64,000 bases of DNA from an uncultured bacterium (GTDB lineage Bacteria; Verrucomicrobiota; Kiritimatiellia; CAIVKH01): NCBI GenBank assembly GCA_937958885.1, contig CALGMT010000026.1:32468-96467 (forward strand), in the 5' to 3' direction. The notes beneath the pieces were generated by a model that saw nothing but the letters and a program-made list of their open reading frames with translations, did not search any database and was not told the DNA's origin. The position numbers and the translations under genes are program-made. This document shows, in pieces, positions 41,722 to 51,161 of the stretch (position 1 is the stretch's first letter; every line of letters starts with the position of its first letter).

Positions 41722-41746
41722 TTATGGAATTCAGAAGGACTAACGG

Positions 41747-43222
41747 TCAGCGCCAGACGGTCAGGTCGGGGCGGGGCGGGCGGTAGGGCAGGACAAAACT
41801 GCCGACGTAGCCCACGGCAAGTGTAACGAACAGCGAGAGCGGGAAATAGTAAATCCAGTGCACCTCGGTGCGGTGTTGGACCAGCAGGTTCGCGCCCACC
41901 GCGAGCAGCGCGCCGATCAGCCACGGGACGAATTGCGCGCGGCGCGTGAGCATCCCGAGCAGGAAGAGCGCGAGGATCGGCGCGTTGAAGAGGCTGATGA
42001 GGCTTGTATAGGCCTTGATCAGATGACCGAAACTCGCGATGTAAAACGAAACGCCCGTGGCGAAAATCCCCAGCGCAAAGGTCAGGGTTCGCGCGAGGCG
42101 GAGGTCGCGCCGCTCATCCGCCGGGCCCGCGCGGAGCGGCTTGACGAAATCGTTGATGATGACGGTTGAAATGCAACTGATGCCGGAATCCATGCTCGAC
42201 ATTGCGGCGGCGAAAAGCGCGGTGATCAGCAGCCCGGAGACGCCGTCGGGCAGGGCGTGAATGATGTAGTAAGGGAGAATCTGGTCGCGCGCGAGGCCGT
42301 CGGGCAGGCGTTCCGGAAATGCGGCGTGGTAGGCGAAGAGCCCGAGTCCGATGAACAGCAACGCTGCGATGATGACGAAGTCCACGACTGCATTGAATAC
42401 GAGCGCCTTGCCGACCCCGCGCATCGTCGGCACCGCCATCATGCGTTGCACGGTGGTCTGATCGGTGCCGTAGTCCTGCATCAGTTGGAAGAAATACGTG
42501 ACGGCCACAATCACGCCGCTCATCGCATAGAGATCTAAATCGAGATTGAGCACGTGCAGCCGGCCGGTTTCGGAAGCCAGCCGAAGGATGCCCGCCGCGC
42601 CGTCAGGCACGCGCGTCACGAGGGTGGCGATCAGCCACGCGACGCCGCCGATCATGATCACGAATTGAATCACGTCCGTCCAAATGTCGGCCGCGAGACC
42701 GCCGAGCGTGGTGTAGAGCGTTGCCAGCAAGCCCATGGCGAGCAGACAGAACGCGAGGGGAATGCCGGTCACCACGGAGAGCGCGAGCGCGGGGGCGTAG
42801 ATGACGGTGCCGAGCCAGCCGAGACGCGCCAGGATGAAGAGCGCCGATACGGAGAAGCGCGCGGCGCGTCCGAAGCGGTGGGCGACGTATTCGTACGAGG
42901 TCGTCACGCGCAAGCGTTGATAAAACGGATAAAACAGCACAATCAGGAACGGCGCGACCAGCGGGCTCACCAGGCTGACAACCAGGAAGGAGATGTTCTC
43001 CTGATATGCCGTCGCCGGGAGGGCCATAAACGTGATCGCGCTGGTGAGCGAGGCGTACATGCTCATCGCGACGACCAGCCAGGGCATGCGGCGTCCGGCG
43101 AGGAAGAAATCCTCCGTGTTCCGCTGGCGGCGCGCGAACCGGATCCCGACGCCGATCATCGCCGCGAGATACACGGCCAGGATGGCATAGTTCAACGGAC
43201 TGAAACCGGCGTGATCGTTCAT
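41747..43222 (-). CDS. Sodium:solute symporter (SSS family)
   Basis: DFFLAGRRMPW, GGLAADIWTDVIQ, DQTTVQR, AAAMSSMDSG. Confidence 0.92.
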   Translation of the reverse strand: MNDHAGFSPLNYAILAVYLAAMIGVGIRFARRQRNTEDFFLAGRRMPWLVVAMSMYASLTSAITFMALPATAYQENISFLVVSLVSPLVAPFLIVLFYPFYQRLRVTTSYEYVAHRFGRAARFSVSALFILARLGWLGTVIYAPALALSVVTGIPLAFCLLAMGLLATLYTTLGGLAADIWTDVIQFVIMIGGVAWLIATLVTRVPDGAAGILRLASETGRLHVLNLDLDLYAMSGVIVAVTYFFQLMQDYGTDQTTVQRMMAVPTMRGVGKALVFNAVVDFVIIAALLFIGLGLFAYHAAFPERLPDGLARDQILPYYIIHALPDGVSGLLITALFAAAMSSMDSGISCISTVIINDFVKPLRAGPADERRDLRLARTLTFALGIFATGVSFYIASFGHLIKAYTSLISLFNAPILALFLLGMLTRRAQFVPWLIGALLAVGANLLVQHRTEVHWIYYFPLSLFVTLAVGYVGSFVLPYRPPRPDLTVWR

Positions 43223-43244
43223 GGGTCCACCGTGTGAGAGGTCT

Positions 43245-44159
43245 TCATGGGCTGTTTCCGAGTGAAATCTCGATCATCTGGCGTCGGTGATCGCTCAACG
43301 GGGCGCTGCGCAGGCGGTAGCGGTGGATGGCGAGTTCGGGCGTCAGCCATGCATGATCGATCGCATAGAGCGGGATGGGCAGCGGCCAGGTGTACGGCCA
43401 TCCGCGGCCCGCCGCTTCATACGCGTGGCGCATATGCCGGCGGATTTCGCGGAACGCGCGGGAGTCGCGCGGCGTATTGAAATCGCCGATCAGCAACAGG
43501 GGGACGTTCTCCTCGCGCTCGGCGATCCAGCGCGAGAGTGGCGCGAGCGCGGCAGCGCGATCGATGGCCGGATGCGAGAGAATATCCACGATCACCAGAT
43601 CCAGCGCGCCTGTTGGCGTTTCGATTCGCACACCCCATGCGAAGCCGTCTTTGATCGGCACCTGCTCCATCGGCGCGAACGGGTAGCGGGACAGCACCAC
43701 CATGCCGTGCGCCTGCTTCGTATGCGAAAGACCCAGCTCACGCTCGGAGAAAAAGGGGATGTCCTGCGATTGCCGCGCCTCCGACAGGACGACGAGGTCG
43801 GGCCTGTACGGCGCAAGCGTCTCCAACAGCGGCACGAAGCCGAAATTGGCGTGTGCGACATTCCAGTGGGCCACGCGCAGCGCGTGCGGCGGAGGCGGAG
43901 TGGGGCGATTCCAGCGGCTGTCCACGGCGAGCGTTTTGACGAGCGCGATGCCGGTCAGCGCGAGGACCGCGATATTGCGCGCGCGCGTGACGCGGCGCAT
44001 GCGCACAAGCCACTCGATCACTCCATACGCCGCGACCGCGGGCGCCGGAATGAAATACAGCCACAACAACGGCGGCGGCCGATCGCCGAGAATCCAGCCC
44101 GCGAGCCATGCGAGCGCGCACATCGGAAACAAGGAGCGTCTCAGAACTCGCATGGGCAT
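43245..44159 (-). CDS. Membrane-anchored endonuclease/exonuclease/phosphatase family protein
   Basis: HWNV, PDLVVLSE, GDFN, IDH and SDH catalytic motifs. Confidence 0.85.
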   Translation of the reverse strand: MPMRVLRRSLFPMCALAWLAGWILGDRPPPLLWLYFIPAPAVAAYGVIEWLVRMRRVTRARNIAVLALTGIALVKTLAVDSRWNRPTPPPPHALRVAHWNVAHANFGFVPLLETLAPYRPDLVVLSEARQSQDIPFFSERELGLSHTKQAHGMVVLSRYPFAPMEQVPIKDGFAWGVRIETPTGALDLVIVDILSHPAIDRAAALAPLSRWIAEREENVPLLLIGDFNTPRDSRAFREIRRHMRHAYEAAGRGWPYTWPLPIPLYAIDHAWLTPELAIHRYRLRSAPLSDHRRQMIEISLGNSP

Positions 44160-44169
44160 GCCCGTCCGT

Positions 44170-45090
44170 CTATCGCGAATCCGCGCGCGACAGGATGGCG
44201 AAATGGCGCAAATGCGTCGCATGGCGCGACCACCGATACCCGACGCCGTGCGCCGTCCACTCGCCGGACATCCACAGATGATCCCGGCCATACAGGGGCA
44301 GGCGGGCGGGATAAGAATAGGGCCAGCCGAACCCGGCCTTTTCATACGCAGGTTGCATGAGGCGTCGGAGGGGACGCCAAACGGCGTCCGTGCGCTCGCG
44401 GGCGTTGCCGCAGGCCAGGATCAGCGGTCGCGCCTCGGGATGTGTCCGGATGAACTCCTCCAACGCGCGGACCTGCGGCGCGCCGAGGGTCTCGCCCTCG
44501 GCGTCGAGGGCGAGCAGATACACCGCGCCAGCCGGATCGTTCACGCGCAGAAAGATCGTCTCGATCGCGCCGAACTGCGGCGGCGTCAGCGGGTCCATCG
44601 GGAATCGCGATATGACGAGGATAGCGTCGCGGCGTATCGCGAAATTCAAGCGGAGCCGCCGCGCGATGTCGAGTTGACGAAGCGTCGCGAGATTCTCCGG
44701 CGGATGATGAAACACGACAACATGCGGGCGCTCGCGGTCCAGTTCGGATAGGAGTCGATCGCCCGCGATTCCCGTGGCAAGCGTCCACTGCACGATGCGG
44801 AAGGTGGGGCGATCCGAAGGGTCGATGCGGCGATGCAGCCCGGCGTCGCGCGCGAGGGCCGCCGCGAGCAGCGCCGCCGCAAGTCCGCCCGCGAAGCGCG
44901 CGCGGGATCCTGCGGTCCACAGCCAGAGAACCGCGGCAACAAGCGACACGGGAACCGGAAGGAGGCGCGGCCACGCGGGCGCGGTCGAAGAGAGCATCGG
45001 CCACCAGACCGACAATCCCGCGACGGCGACGAGTCCGGCCAGCCAGGCGACCGCCCGGCGAAGCGGGCGCGTCTGACTTGGCGCGGTCAC
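44170..45090 (-). CDS. EEP-fold paralog with degenerate catalytic motifs
   Basis: Same layout as its neighbour (AYEKAGFGWPYSYPARLPLY vs AYEAAGRGWPYTWPLPIPLY), but GDFN is replaced by CGNA and SDH by ATH. Confidence 0.65.
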   Translation of the reverse strand: MTAPSQTRPLRRAVAWLAGLVAVAGLSVWWPMLSSTAPAWPRLLPVPVSLVAAVLWLWTAGSRARFAGGLAAALLAAALARDAGLHRRIDPSDRPTFRIVQWTLATGIAGDRLLSELDRERPHVVVFHHPPENLATLRQLDIARRLRLNFAIRRDAILVISRFPMDPLTPPQFGAIETIFLRVNDPAGAVYLLALDAEGETLGAPQVRALEEFIRTHPEARPLILACGNARERTDAVWRPLRRLMQPAYEKAGFGWPYSYPARLPLYGRDHLWMSGEWTAHGVGYRWSRHATHLRHFAILSRADSR

Positions 45091-46379
45091 AGCAGGTTGG
45101 CCGCGAGCTCCGCGACTTCAGACCGCACGCCGCGCCCGAGCACGATGTGCGCGGCGACATTATGCGGGCGGAATTTCTCGACGACGGAGGAGAGTCCGTT
45201 GGACATGCTGTCGAGGAACGGATTGTCGATCTGATAAATGTCGCCCGTGAGCACGATCTTCGTGCCGGGGCCGACGCGGGTCAGCACGGTCTTGGCTTCG
45301 AGCGGCGTGAGGTTCTGCGCTTCGTCCACAACGATGAACTGGTTCGGAATGCTGCGCCCGCGGATGTAGGTTAGCGGTTCGATGCCGATCCGATCGTCCT
45401 CGTCCTTGTTGCCGTCCCTGCTGCGTTTCCAGATGCGGCCGCCGGTCGAAAGGAAATCGAGCGCGTCGTAAATCGGCTGCATCCACGGATTGAGTTTCTC
45501 CTCCAGCGTGCCCGGCAGAAACCCGATATCCTTGCCCATCGGAATCGTGGGTCGGCAGATCAACATGCGCCGGTAGCGTTTTTCGTGCATGGTCTTGAAC
45601 ACTGCTGCGGCGACAGCGAGCAGCGTCTTGCCGGTGCCGGCCTTGCCGATAATCGTGACGACTTTGATATTGTCGTTCAGCAGCTCGTCCATCGCGTAGT
45701 GCTGTTCCTTGTTGCGCGGCTGGACGGGTTTGACCTCGTCGGGGCAGGGGATCAGCGGCACGAGCAGCTTGGATTCGCCGTCGAATCGCACCAGCACGGT
45801 GTGGTTGGGATCCGTCTCGGACCGCAACAAAACATATTGGTTCGGAGAAAGCGAAGCGCCTTCCGGCGGCGCGATCTTTCCGTCGCGGCGGAAGGTCTCC
45901 AGCGCCTCCGCGGGCGCGGTGACCTCGGTGTGGCCGGTGTAGAGTTCGGAGATGTCGACGCGATCGTTTTCGTAGTCCTCCGCCTCCAGTCCGAGCGCGT
46001 CGGCCTTCAGGCGCAGGTTGATGTCCTTGCTGACGACGATGCAGGGCAGGGGCTCCGACTTGGAGAGCTGCATCGCCAGTTCGAGAATCTGGTCGTCCGC
46101 GCTGAGCCCGTTTTTGTAGGTCTGACCCGGAAAAGCGATTCGCAGCGTGCCGCCATACGACAGCTCGACGCCTTTATTGAGCTTGCCGTGCTGGCGAAGT
46201 TCGTCGAGCAGGCGGGACACATGGCGGGCGTTGCGGCCGAGTTCGCTCTGGTCCTTCTTGAAGTGGTCGATTTCCTCGATGACCTTCAGCGGGATGATGA
46301 CATTGTTATCCGTGAAACGCTGGATGGCCGTGGCTTCGTGCAGCAGGACGTTGGTATCGAGAATAAAGTTTTTCTTCAT
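45087..46379 (-). CDS. PIN-PhoH fusion (PhoH2/YlaK-like)
   Basis: ILDTNVLLH PIN domain, GKAGTGKT, GFLPG, RGRS, DEAQN. Confidence 0.92.
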   Translation of the reverse strand: MKKNFILDTNVLLHEATAIQRFTDNNVIIPLKVIEEIDHFKKDQSELGRNARHVSRLLDELRQHGKLNKGVELSYGGTLRIAFPGQTYKNGLSADDQILELAMQLSKSEPLPCIVVSKDINLRLKADALGLEAEDYENDRVDISELYTGHTEVTAPAEALETFRRDGKIAPPEGASLSPNQYVLLRSETDPNHTVLVRFDGESKLLVPLIPCPDEVKPVQPRNKEQHYAMDELLNDNIKVVTIIGKAGTGKTLLAVAAAVFKTMHEKRYRRMLICRPTIPMGKDIGFLPGTLEEKLNPWMQPIYDALDFLSTGGRIWKRSRDGNKDEDDRIGIEPLTYIRGRSIPNQFIVVDEAQNLTPLEAKTVLTRVGPGTKIVLTGDIYQIDNPFLDSMSNGLSSVVEKFRPHNVAAHIVLGRGVRSEVAELAANLL

Positions 46380-46402
46380 GCGGAATCGCCATACTCCTTG
46401 GG

Positions 46403-47383
46403 TCAGAGCCAGTTCTTTTTGCGCAGGAACCAATAAATCAAGCCGGTGATCAGGGCGTTCAACCCCAGGATATACGCATAGGCGTAGGGCCACGAAGGCC
46501 ACTCTTCATTCGGGAAGTGCTGGATGTTCATGCCGTAGAAGCTGCTGATCACGACGATCGGCAGCGACAGCGTCGCGAGCACCGTCAGCACCTTCACGAC
46601 CTGGTTGGTCTCGGCCTGCTGCATGTTCAACTGCACCGTGATCAAATTCGTCAGGGCGTCGCGATAGCCGTCCGTCTGTGCGCCGAGCCGGATCATGGTG
46701 TCGTGCAGATCGCGGAAGTAGGGGACCAGATGCGCGCGGATGATCTTGAACTCGCCGCGCGCGATGCGCCCCAGCGTTTCCCGTTGCGGGCCGAGAATGG
46801 TGCGGAGCCGGGCCACCTCGCTTTTCGCGCGCAGCACATTGGCGAGAAAGTCCCGGCTCTTCGTGTTGACGGCGTCGGCCTCGATTTCGGCGATTTCGCT
46901 TGAGAGGCGCTCAATGGCCGGGTTGTATCCATCCAACATGAAATCGAGGATCGTATAGGTCAGCCGGTCCGGGGCGCGGGCGACGGTGGAGGAATGCTTG
47001 AGCACGCGGTCGATCGTTTGCGCGATGCACCGCATCGGGCGGTCGTGATAGGTGACGAGGAAGTTTTTCCCGATGAAAATGTTCAGTTCGTTCGTCTCGA
47101 AGCGATGAGCGGCGGCGGAAAAGTCCACCGCGTGCATGACAAGGAACAGATAGCCCTCGTATTCCTCCACCTTCGGCTGTTCGGAGACCGACACGCAGTC
47201 TTCGATCGCGAGCGGGTGAAAGTTGAACATGCCCTCGAGCAGGGTCTTGTTTTCCTCCGGCGTGGCCTGCTCGACATCGACCCAGATTTGGGCGTCCTCG
47301 TCGATCAACATGACCTTGAGGAAGTCCAGCCCGAGATCCTGCCCCACCAGCTTGCCGTGGCTGAATACAAACGATCGGATCAT
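46403..47383 (-). CDS. corA: Magnesium/cobalt transporter CorA
   Basis: FHPLAIED, YGMN signature, two C-terminal TM helices. Confidence 0.93.
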   Translation of the reverse strand: MIRSFVFSHGKLVGQDLGLDFLKVMLIDEDAQIWVDVEQATPEENKTLLEGMFNFHPLAIEDCVSVSEQPKVEEYEGYLFLVMHAVDFSAAAHRFETNELNIFIGKNFLVTYHDRPMRCIAQTIDRVLKHSSTVARAPDRLTYTILDFMLDGYNPAIERLSSEIAEIEADAVNTKSRDFLANVLRAKSEVARLRTILGPQRETLGRIARGEFKIIRAHLVPYFRDLHDTMIRLGAQTDGYRDALTNLITVQLNMQQAETNQVVKVLTVLATLSLPIVVISSFYGMNIQHFPNEEWPSWPYAYAYILGLNALITGLIYWFLRKKNWL

Positions 47384-47389
47384 CGCGGT

Positions 47390-47731
47390 TTACGGCGTTG
47401 TGCGATTGGTTTCGCGCACGTCAGACTGCGGGGCGCGCGCAGTTTTGGCAAGGTCATTTTCCGCGCTCATCGAATTCGCATCGAGCGAGGTGTAGCGCGC
47501 TTGTCGCATCTTGAATCTGCGAAAGGGGCGCATCGATCCGCGCAGGCTCGGGAAATGTTTGTGGAACCATGCCGACATCCGGCGAAAGGACTTCACATAG
47601 GGCGCCAGCAGCAGCGCGCCGACGGCGAGGAACAACGACCCCGGCACCATCGGCACGAGCATTCCGACGGCGCCGGCGCCGATCAGCGCCCAGCCCGCGG
47701 CTTGCCGCACGATGGGGGAGAGGTGCTTCAT
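47390..47731 (-). CDS. Small membrane protein (PGPGW-like)
   Basis: GWALIGAGAVGMLVPMVPGSLFLAVGALLL hairpin; ATG overlaps the crcB stop. Confidence 0.55.
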   Translation of the reverse strand: MKHLSPIVRQAAGWALIGAGAVGMLVPMVPGSLFLAVGALLLAPYVKSFRRMSAWFHKHFPSLRGSMRPFRRFKMRQARYTSLDANSMSAENDLAKTARAPQSDVRETNRTTP

Positions 47732-48108
47732 ACGATCCACCGCCCGATCGCGACACCGGCAAACAGCATCAGAATCCCGATCGCATTCTGGCCCGCGATG
47801 TTCAGCGCGGCGGCGAACCAATCCGAGGCGCGCAGCAGCGCGGCGGTGTCGTGCGTGAAACTCGAAAAAGTGGTGAACGAGCCGAGAAATCCGATCAGCA
47901 CCACCGTGCGCCACGCCCCCAGCGCCGCGTGCCGCTGCTCGATCACGCTCCACAGCAAGCCGAAGAGAAAACAGCCCGTGATGTTCACCGCGAACGTGCC
48001 CCACGGGAATCCGTGCCCGGCCCATCGCTGGATCGCATGCGACAGGCCGTAGCGCGCGAGGGTGCCGCACGCGCCGGCGAAGGCCAGCCATGACAGGTGC
48101 GCGATCAC
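47728..48108 (-). CDS. crcB: Fluoride efflux channel CrcB/Fluc
   Basis: GTLARY, FPWGTFAVN, GFLGSFTTFSSF. Confidence 0.93.
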   Translation of the reverse strand: MIAHLSWLAFAGACGTLARYGLSHAIQRWAGHGFPWGTFAVNITGCFLFGLLWSVIEQRHAALGAWRTVVLIGFLGSFTTFSSFTHDTAALLRASDWFAAALNIAGQNAIGILMLFAGVAIGRWIV

Positions 48109-48111
48109 GGC

Positions 48112-49401
48112 TCAAAGGCTCACATAGCGGAAGCCCAGCTTGCGCGCCTGGTCGCGGTTGAAGAAGTGCTTCGCATCCACGATCACCGGCGTGCGGCAGA
48201 CCTTCCGAAGGCGGGCGAGCGTGAGCGGCTTGTACGCGTCGTGCTTGTTGATCAGGACGATCGCGTCGATGTCGCGCGCCTGCTGCGGTGTGACGGTTTC
48301 GATATCGAATTTCCGTTTGAGCGTCTCGGGCTCGCCGAGCGGCTCCCACGTCGTCACGTTGCAGCCGAAGCCGCGCAGGTAGGCGACCACATCCTCCGCG
48401 CGCGAGTTGCGGAAATCCGGCACGTTCTCCTTGAAGGTCATGCCGAGAATCCAGACGTTCGCGTTCTTCGGCAGACGGCCCGCCGCGATCATCTCGCGGA
48501 TGCACAGCTCGCCGACGTACGAACCCATCGAATCGTTGATGCGCCGTCCCGCGAGGATCACTTCCGGATGATAGCCCAGCATCAGCGCGCGATGCGTGAG
48601 ATAATACGGGTCCACGCCGATGCAGTGGCCGCCGACAAGACCGGGATGGTATTTGTGGAAGTTCCATTTCGTGCCCGCCGCCTCGATCACCTCGTGCGTG
48701 TCGATCCCGATCCGCGCGAAAATTTTCGACAGCTCGTTCATCAACGCGATGTTCAGATCGCGCTGCACGTTTTCGATCACCTTCGCCGCCTCGGCCGTTT
48801 TGATGTTCGACGCGGGATGCACGCCCGCCTTTACGATCGAGCGATAAAGCGCGGCACAGCGCTGGAGGGCCTTCGCGTTGTGGCCGCTGACGATCTTGAT
48901 CACGTTCGTGACGGTGTGCTCTTTGTCGCCCGGATTCACGCGCTCCGGCGAATAGGCGAGGTCGAACTCGCCGAGCTTCAGGCCGGAATGCTTTTCCAGC
49001 AGCGGCAGACAGACATCTTCGGTGACGCCCGGATAGACGGTGCTTTCATACACCACCATCGTTCCGCGCCGCATCACCTTGCCGATCATTTCGGAGGAGC
49101 GGATCAGGGGATCGAGGTCCGGCTCCTTCGCGATGTTCACCGGGGTCGGCACGGCGACGATGATCGTCGTGCAGCGCGCGAGGTCCTGAGGGTCGCTCGT
49201 AAAGTGCAGGTTCGGATGCTTGAGGTCTTTCGGATCCGCCTCGCCCGTGTGATCGCGGCCCGCGCGCAACTCGTCCACACGAACCGGACGAATGTCATAG
49301 CCCACGACCTCGGTTAATTTGGAAAACGCGACGGCCAGGGGCATCCCCACGTAGCCGAGGCCGACCACTCCGACGATTTCACGCCGCGCCGACTTCGCCA
49401 T
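48112..49401 (-). CDS. UDP-sugar (GlcNAc/GalNAc-type) 6-dehydrogenase
   Basis: GLGYVG, ESTVYPG, SPERVNPG, VGGHCIGVDP, FKENVPDFRNS. Confidence 0.92.
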   Translation of the reverse strand: MAKSARREIVGVVGLGYVGMPLAVAFSKLTEVVGYDIRPVRVDELRAGRDHTGEADPKDLKHPNLHFTSDPQDLARCTTIIVAVPTPVNIAKEPDLDPLIRSSEMIGKVMRRGTMVVYESTVYPGVTEDVCLPLLEKHSGLKLGEFDLAYSPERVNPGDKEHTVTNVIKIVSGHNAKALQRCAALYRSIVKAGVHPASNIKTAEAAKVIENVQRDLNIALMNELSKIFARIGIDTHEVIEAAGTKWNFHKYHPGLVGGHCIGVDPYYLTHRALMLGYHPEVILAGRRINDSMGSYVGELCIREMIAAGRLPKNANVWILGMTFKENVPDFRNSRAEDVVAYLRGFGCNVTTWEPLGEPETLKRKFDIETVTPQQARDIDAIVLINKHDAYKPLTLARLRKVCRTPVIVDAKHFFNRDQARKLGFRYVSL

Positions 49402-49456
49402 AAACCCTCCGATGAACAAATAAAGTACAGGGTCTGTAATGAACAGAGCGCGCAAT

Positions 49457-49503
49457 TTACAGCGGATGGAAGTCCGCGGAAACTCTTTTTACATCGGATG
49501 GAA
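49457..49503. repeat. Two inverted-orientation variants of the TTCCA-N5-TGTAA motif, 32 bp apart
   Basis: TTACAGCGGATGGAA (49457-49471) and TTACATCGGATGGAA (49489-49503). Confidence 0.75.
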
Positions 49504-49515
49504 GGTTTCAGGGCG

Positions 49516-49737
49516 CTAGGCGCCGGGGCTGCTCTTCAGCAAGCGGTCGATCAGCACGAACGCGAGCGCGGCGCGCTCGTTGCGCGAGAGTTTGGATTCG
49601 AGCGCGGCCAGTTCAGTTTGGATTCGCGGCGCGGCGTCTGGGTCCTCGTGGGCCAGGCGGAATGCGCTCCTGAGCTGGCTCTCGTTGATGCAATAGACGG
49701 ATTCGCCGCCGAGCAGCTCGATGGGTTTTACAGCCAT
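49516..49737 (-). CDS. Small hypothetical protein (73 aa)
   Basis: ATG 8 nt after the iscA stop, plausible helical protein; no family recognised. Confidence 0.55.
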   Translation of the reverse strand: MAVKPIELLGGESVYCINESQLRSAFRLAHEDPDAAPRIQTELAALESKLSRNERAALAFVLIDRLLKSSPGA

Positions 49738-49744
49738 GGCCGGC

Positions 49745-50065
49745 TCAGACCGCGAAGCTGGAGCCGCAGCCGCAGGCCTTGACCGCCTTTGGGTTTTTGA
49801 ATCGGAACCCGGATGCAATCAGATCGTCGGAATAATCGATCTGGAGCCCGTCGAGGAACATGGCGCTGTTCGGGTCCGCAATCACACGGAGATCGCGCTC
49901 TTCGAAAAGGACTTGATCCGTGTCTGACAGGGTGTTGTCGATGCAGGCGGAATAGGTCATTCCAGAGCAGCCGCCGGAAACTACAGAAATCCGCAGAAAA
50001 TTGGGTCCGGTCGCCTCGAGTTTCGCCAGCTCACTCTTGGCTTTTTCACTGATCTGAATCGTCAT
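49745..50065 (-). CDS. iscA: A-type Fe-S carrier (IscA/ErpA/HesB family)
   Basis: GGCSGMTY, GFRFKNP, CGCGSSF; SD GGAGG upstream. Confidence 0.93.
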   Translation of the reverse strand: MTIQISEKAKSELAKLEATGPNFLRISVVSGGCSGMTYSACIDNTLSDTDQVLFEERDLRVIADPNSAMFLDGLQIDYSDDLIASGFRFKNPKAVKACGCGSSFAV

Positions 50066-50082
50066 ATGCACACGCCTCCAAC

Positions 50083-50121
50083 AAACGCCGACAAAATACG
50101 TCGGGAATGCCAGGTTGTCAA
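50083..50121 (-). promoter_or_regulatory. iscA promoter overlapped by a putative Rrf2 operator
   Basis: Minus strand TTGACA-17 bp-TATTTT; palindrome CCGAC-N7-GTCGG covers the -10 box and matches the site upstream of the Rrf2 gene. Confidence 0.65.
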
Positions 50122-50335
50122 GGATTGCGCTGCCGCTAAACAAGCGATAGAGGCTGGCGCGTCGGAAGGCAGCGCCCTGGAAGAAAGGTAGGGCGGGGCC
50201 TCCGGACACGCCGGCCGATCAAGACCGGCGCCGCACTAAAACGTGTATATTCTTCACATAGCATTTGCCAAACGGGCTGTTGATAGAAGTTCTTTTTATT
50301 CGTTCGGCAAATGTCGGTTCGGGTCCGGACAAAAC

Positions 50336-50421
50336 ACCCCCCCGCTGCGCGGGCCCCTCCCAGGAGGGGACCTGAATACGACTCCCCTCCTCCGGAGGGG
50401 TGCCCGAAGGGCGGGGTGGGT
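50336..50421. repeat. REP-like CCCCTCC/GGAGGGG double-hairpin element, copy A
   Basis: Shares an identical 28-mer GGAGGGGTGCCCGAAGGGCGGGGTGGGT and its layout with 61224-61307. Confidence 0.8.
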
Positions 50422-50588
50422 AAAACCGCAAAAGTGTCCAAGGGGCGTAGTGTTTTTTGGGGCCATGATTTTGGCAACTGCCCCTTCACACGACCATTGC
50501 CGGCCGTTCCGTTCACGTCTGTTTCAATTTTGATGGCACGCGTGCGCCGCTTGAAGTTGGGATAAGGCACGAGTACGGTTGCAACCCG

Positions 50589-51161
50589 ATGAGCTCAATC
50601 ACCACCAAAGTGGGCGACAAAGGGACGACATTTCTGTTTTCCGGCGAGGAGGTGTCGAAGGATTCGCCGCGCACGATGGCGTACGGCGATCTCGATGAGC
50701 TGGTCAGCGTATTGGGCGTCGCGCGCTGCCATGCGCGGCTGGAAGAGATCAAAGAAGATATTCTTACGATCCAACGCGATTTATTCGTTGCTGGGGCGGA
50801 GCTGGCGACTGCGCTGGATCACGTGGGGTTGCTCAAGCAGCGGATTGGCGCGGTTGAGTTGAAGCGATTCGAGGCCCGGCGCGACGCGCTTGAAGCGCGC
50901 ATCAAAATGCCGGACGGGTTTATCATTCCCGGCGGAAGCGGCTCGATAGGCGCGGCGCACCTCGATCATGCGCGTACGATTGCGCGCCGCGTCGAGCGGC
51001 GCGCGGTGACGTTGCAGCGGGCGGGATTGATCGATAACGCCCATCTCCTCGTCTGGTTGAACCGGCTTTCCGATTATCTGTGGCTGCTGGCTCGATTGGA
51101 GGAGGGCGAGTCGCTCTCGCTGCGCGAAGTGCGGCGCCGAAAGGAGTCGGCCTCCACATGA
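50589..51161 (+). CDS. ATP:cob(I)alamin adenosyltransferase, PduO type
   Basis: TTKVGDKGTT, YGDLDEL, FIIPGG, RTIARRVER, LNRLSD. Confidence 0.93.
   Translation: MSSITTKVGDKGTTFLFSGEEVSKDSPRTMAYGDLDELVSVLGVARCHARLEEIKEDILTIQRDLFVAGAELATALDHVGLLKQRIGAVELKRFEARRDALEARIKMPDGFIIPGGSGSIGAAHLDHARTIARRVERRAVTLQRAGLIDNAHLLVWLNRLSDYLWLLARLEEGESLSLREVRRRKESAST

Noticed and set aside
48100..48130. Fluoride riboswitch before crcB
   Set aside because: crcB starts 3 nt after the upstream stop codon; no room and no motif
50136..50588. Cobalamin riboswitch upstream of the PduO-type gene
   Set aside because: No B12-box or GCCACTG/GGGAAG core seen; REP-like repeats explain the region
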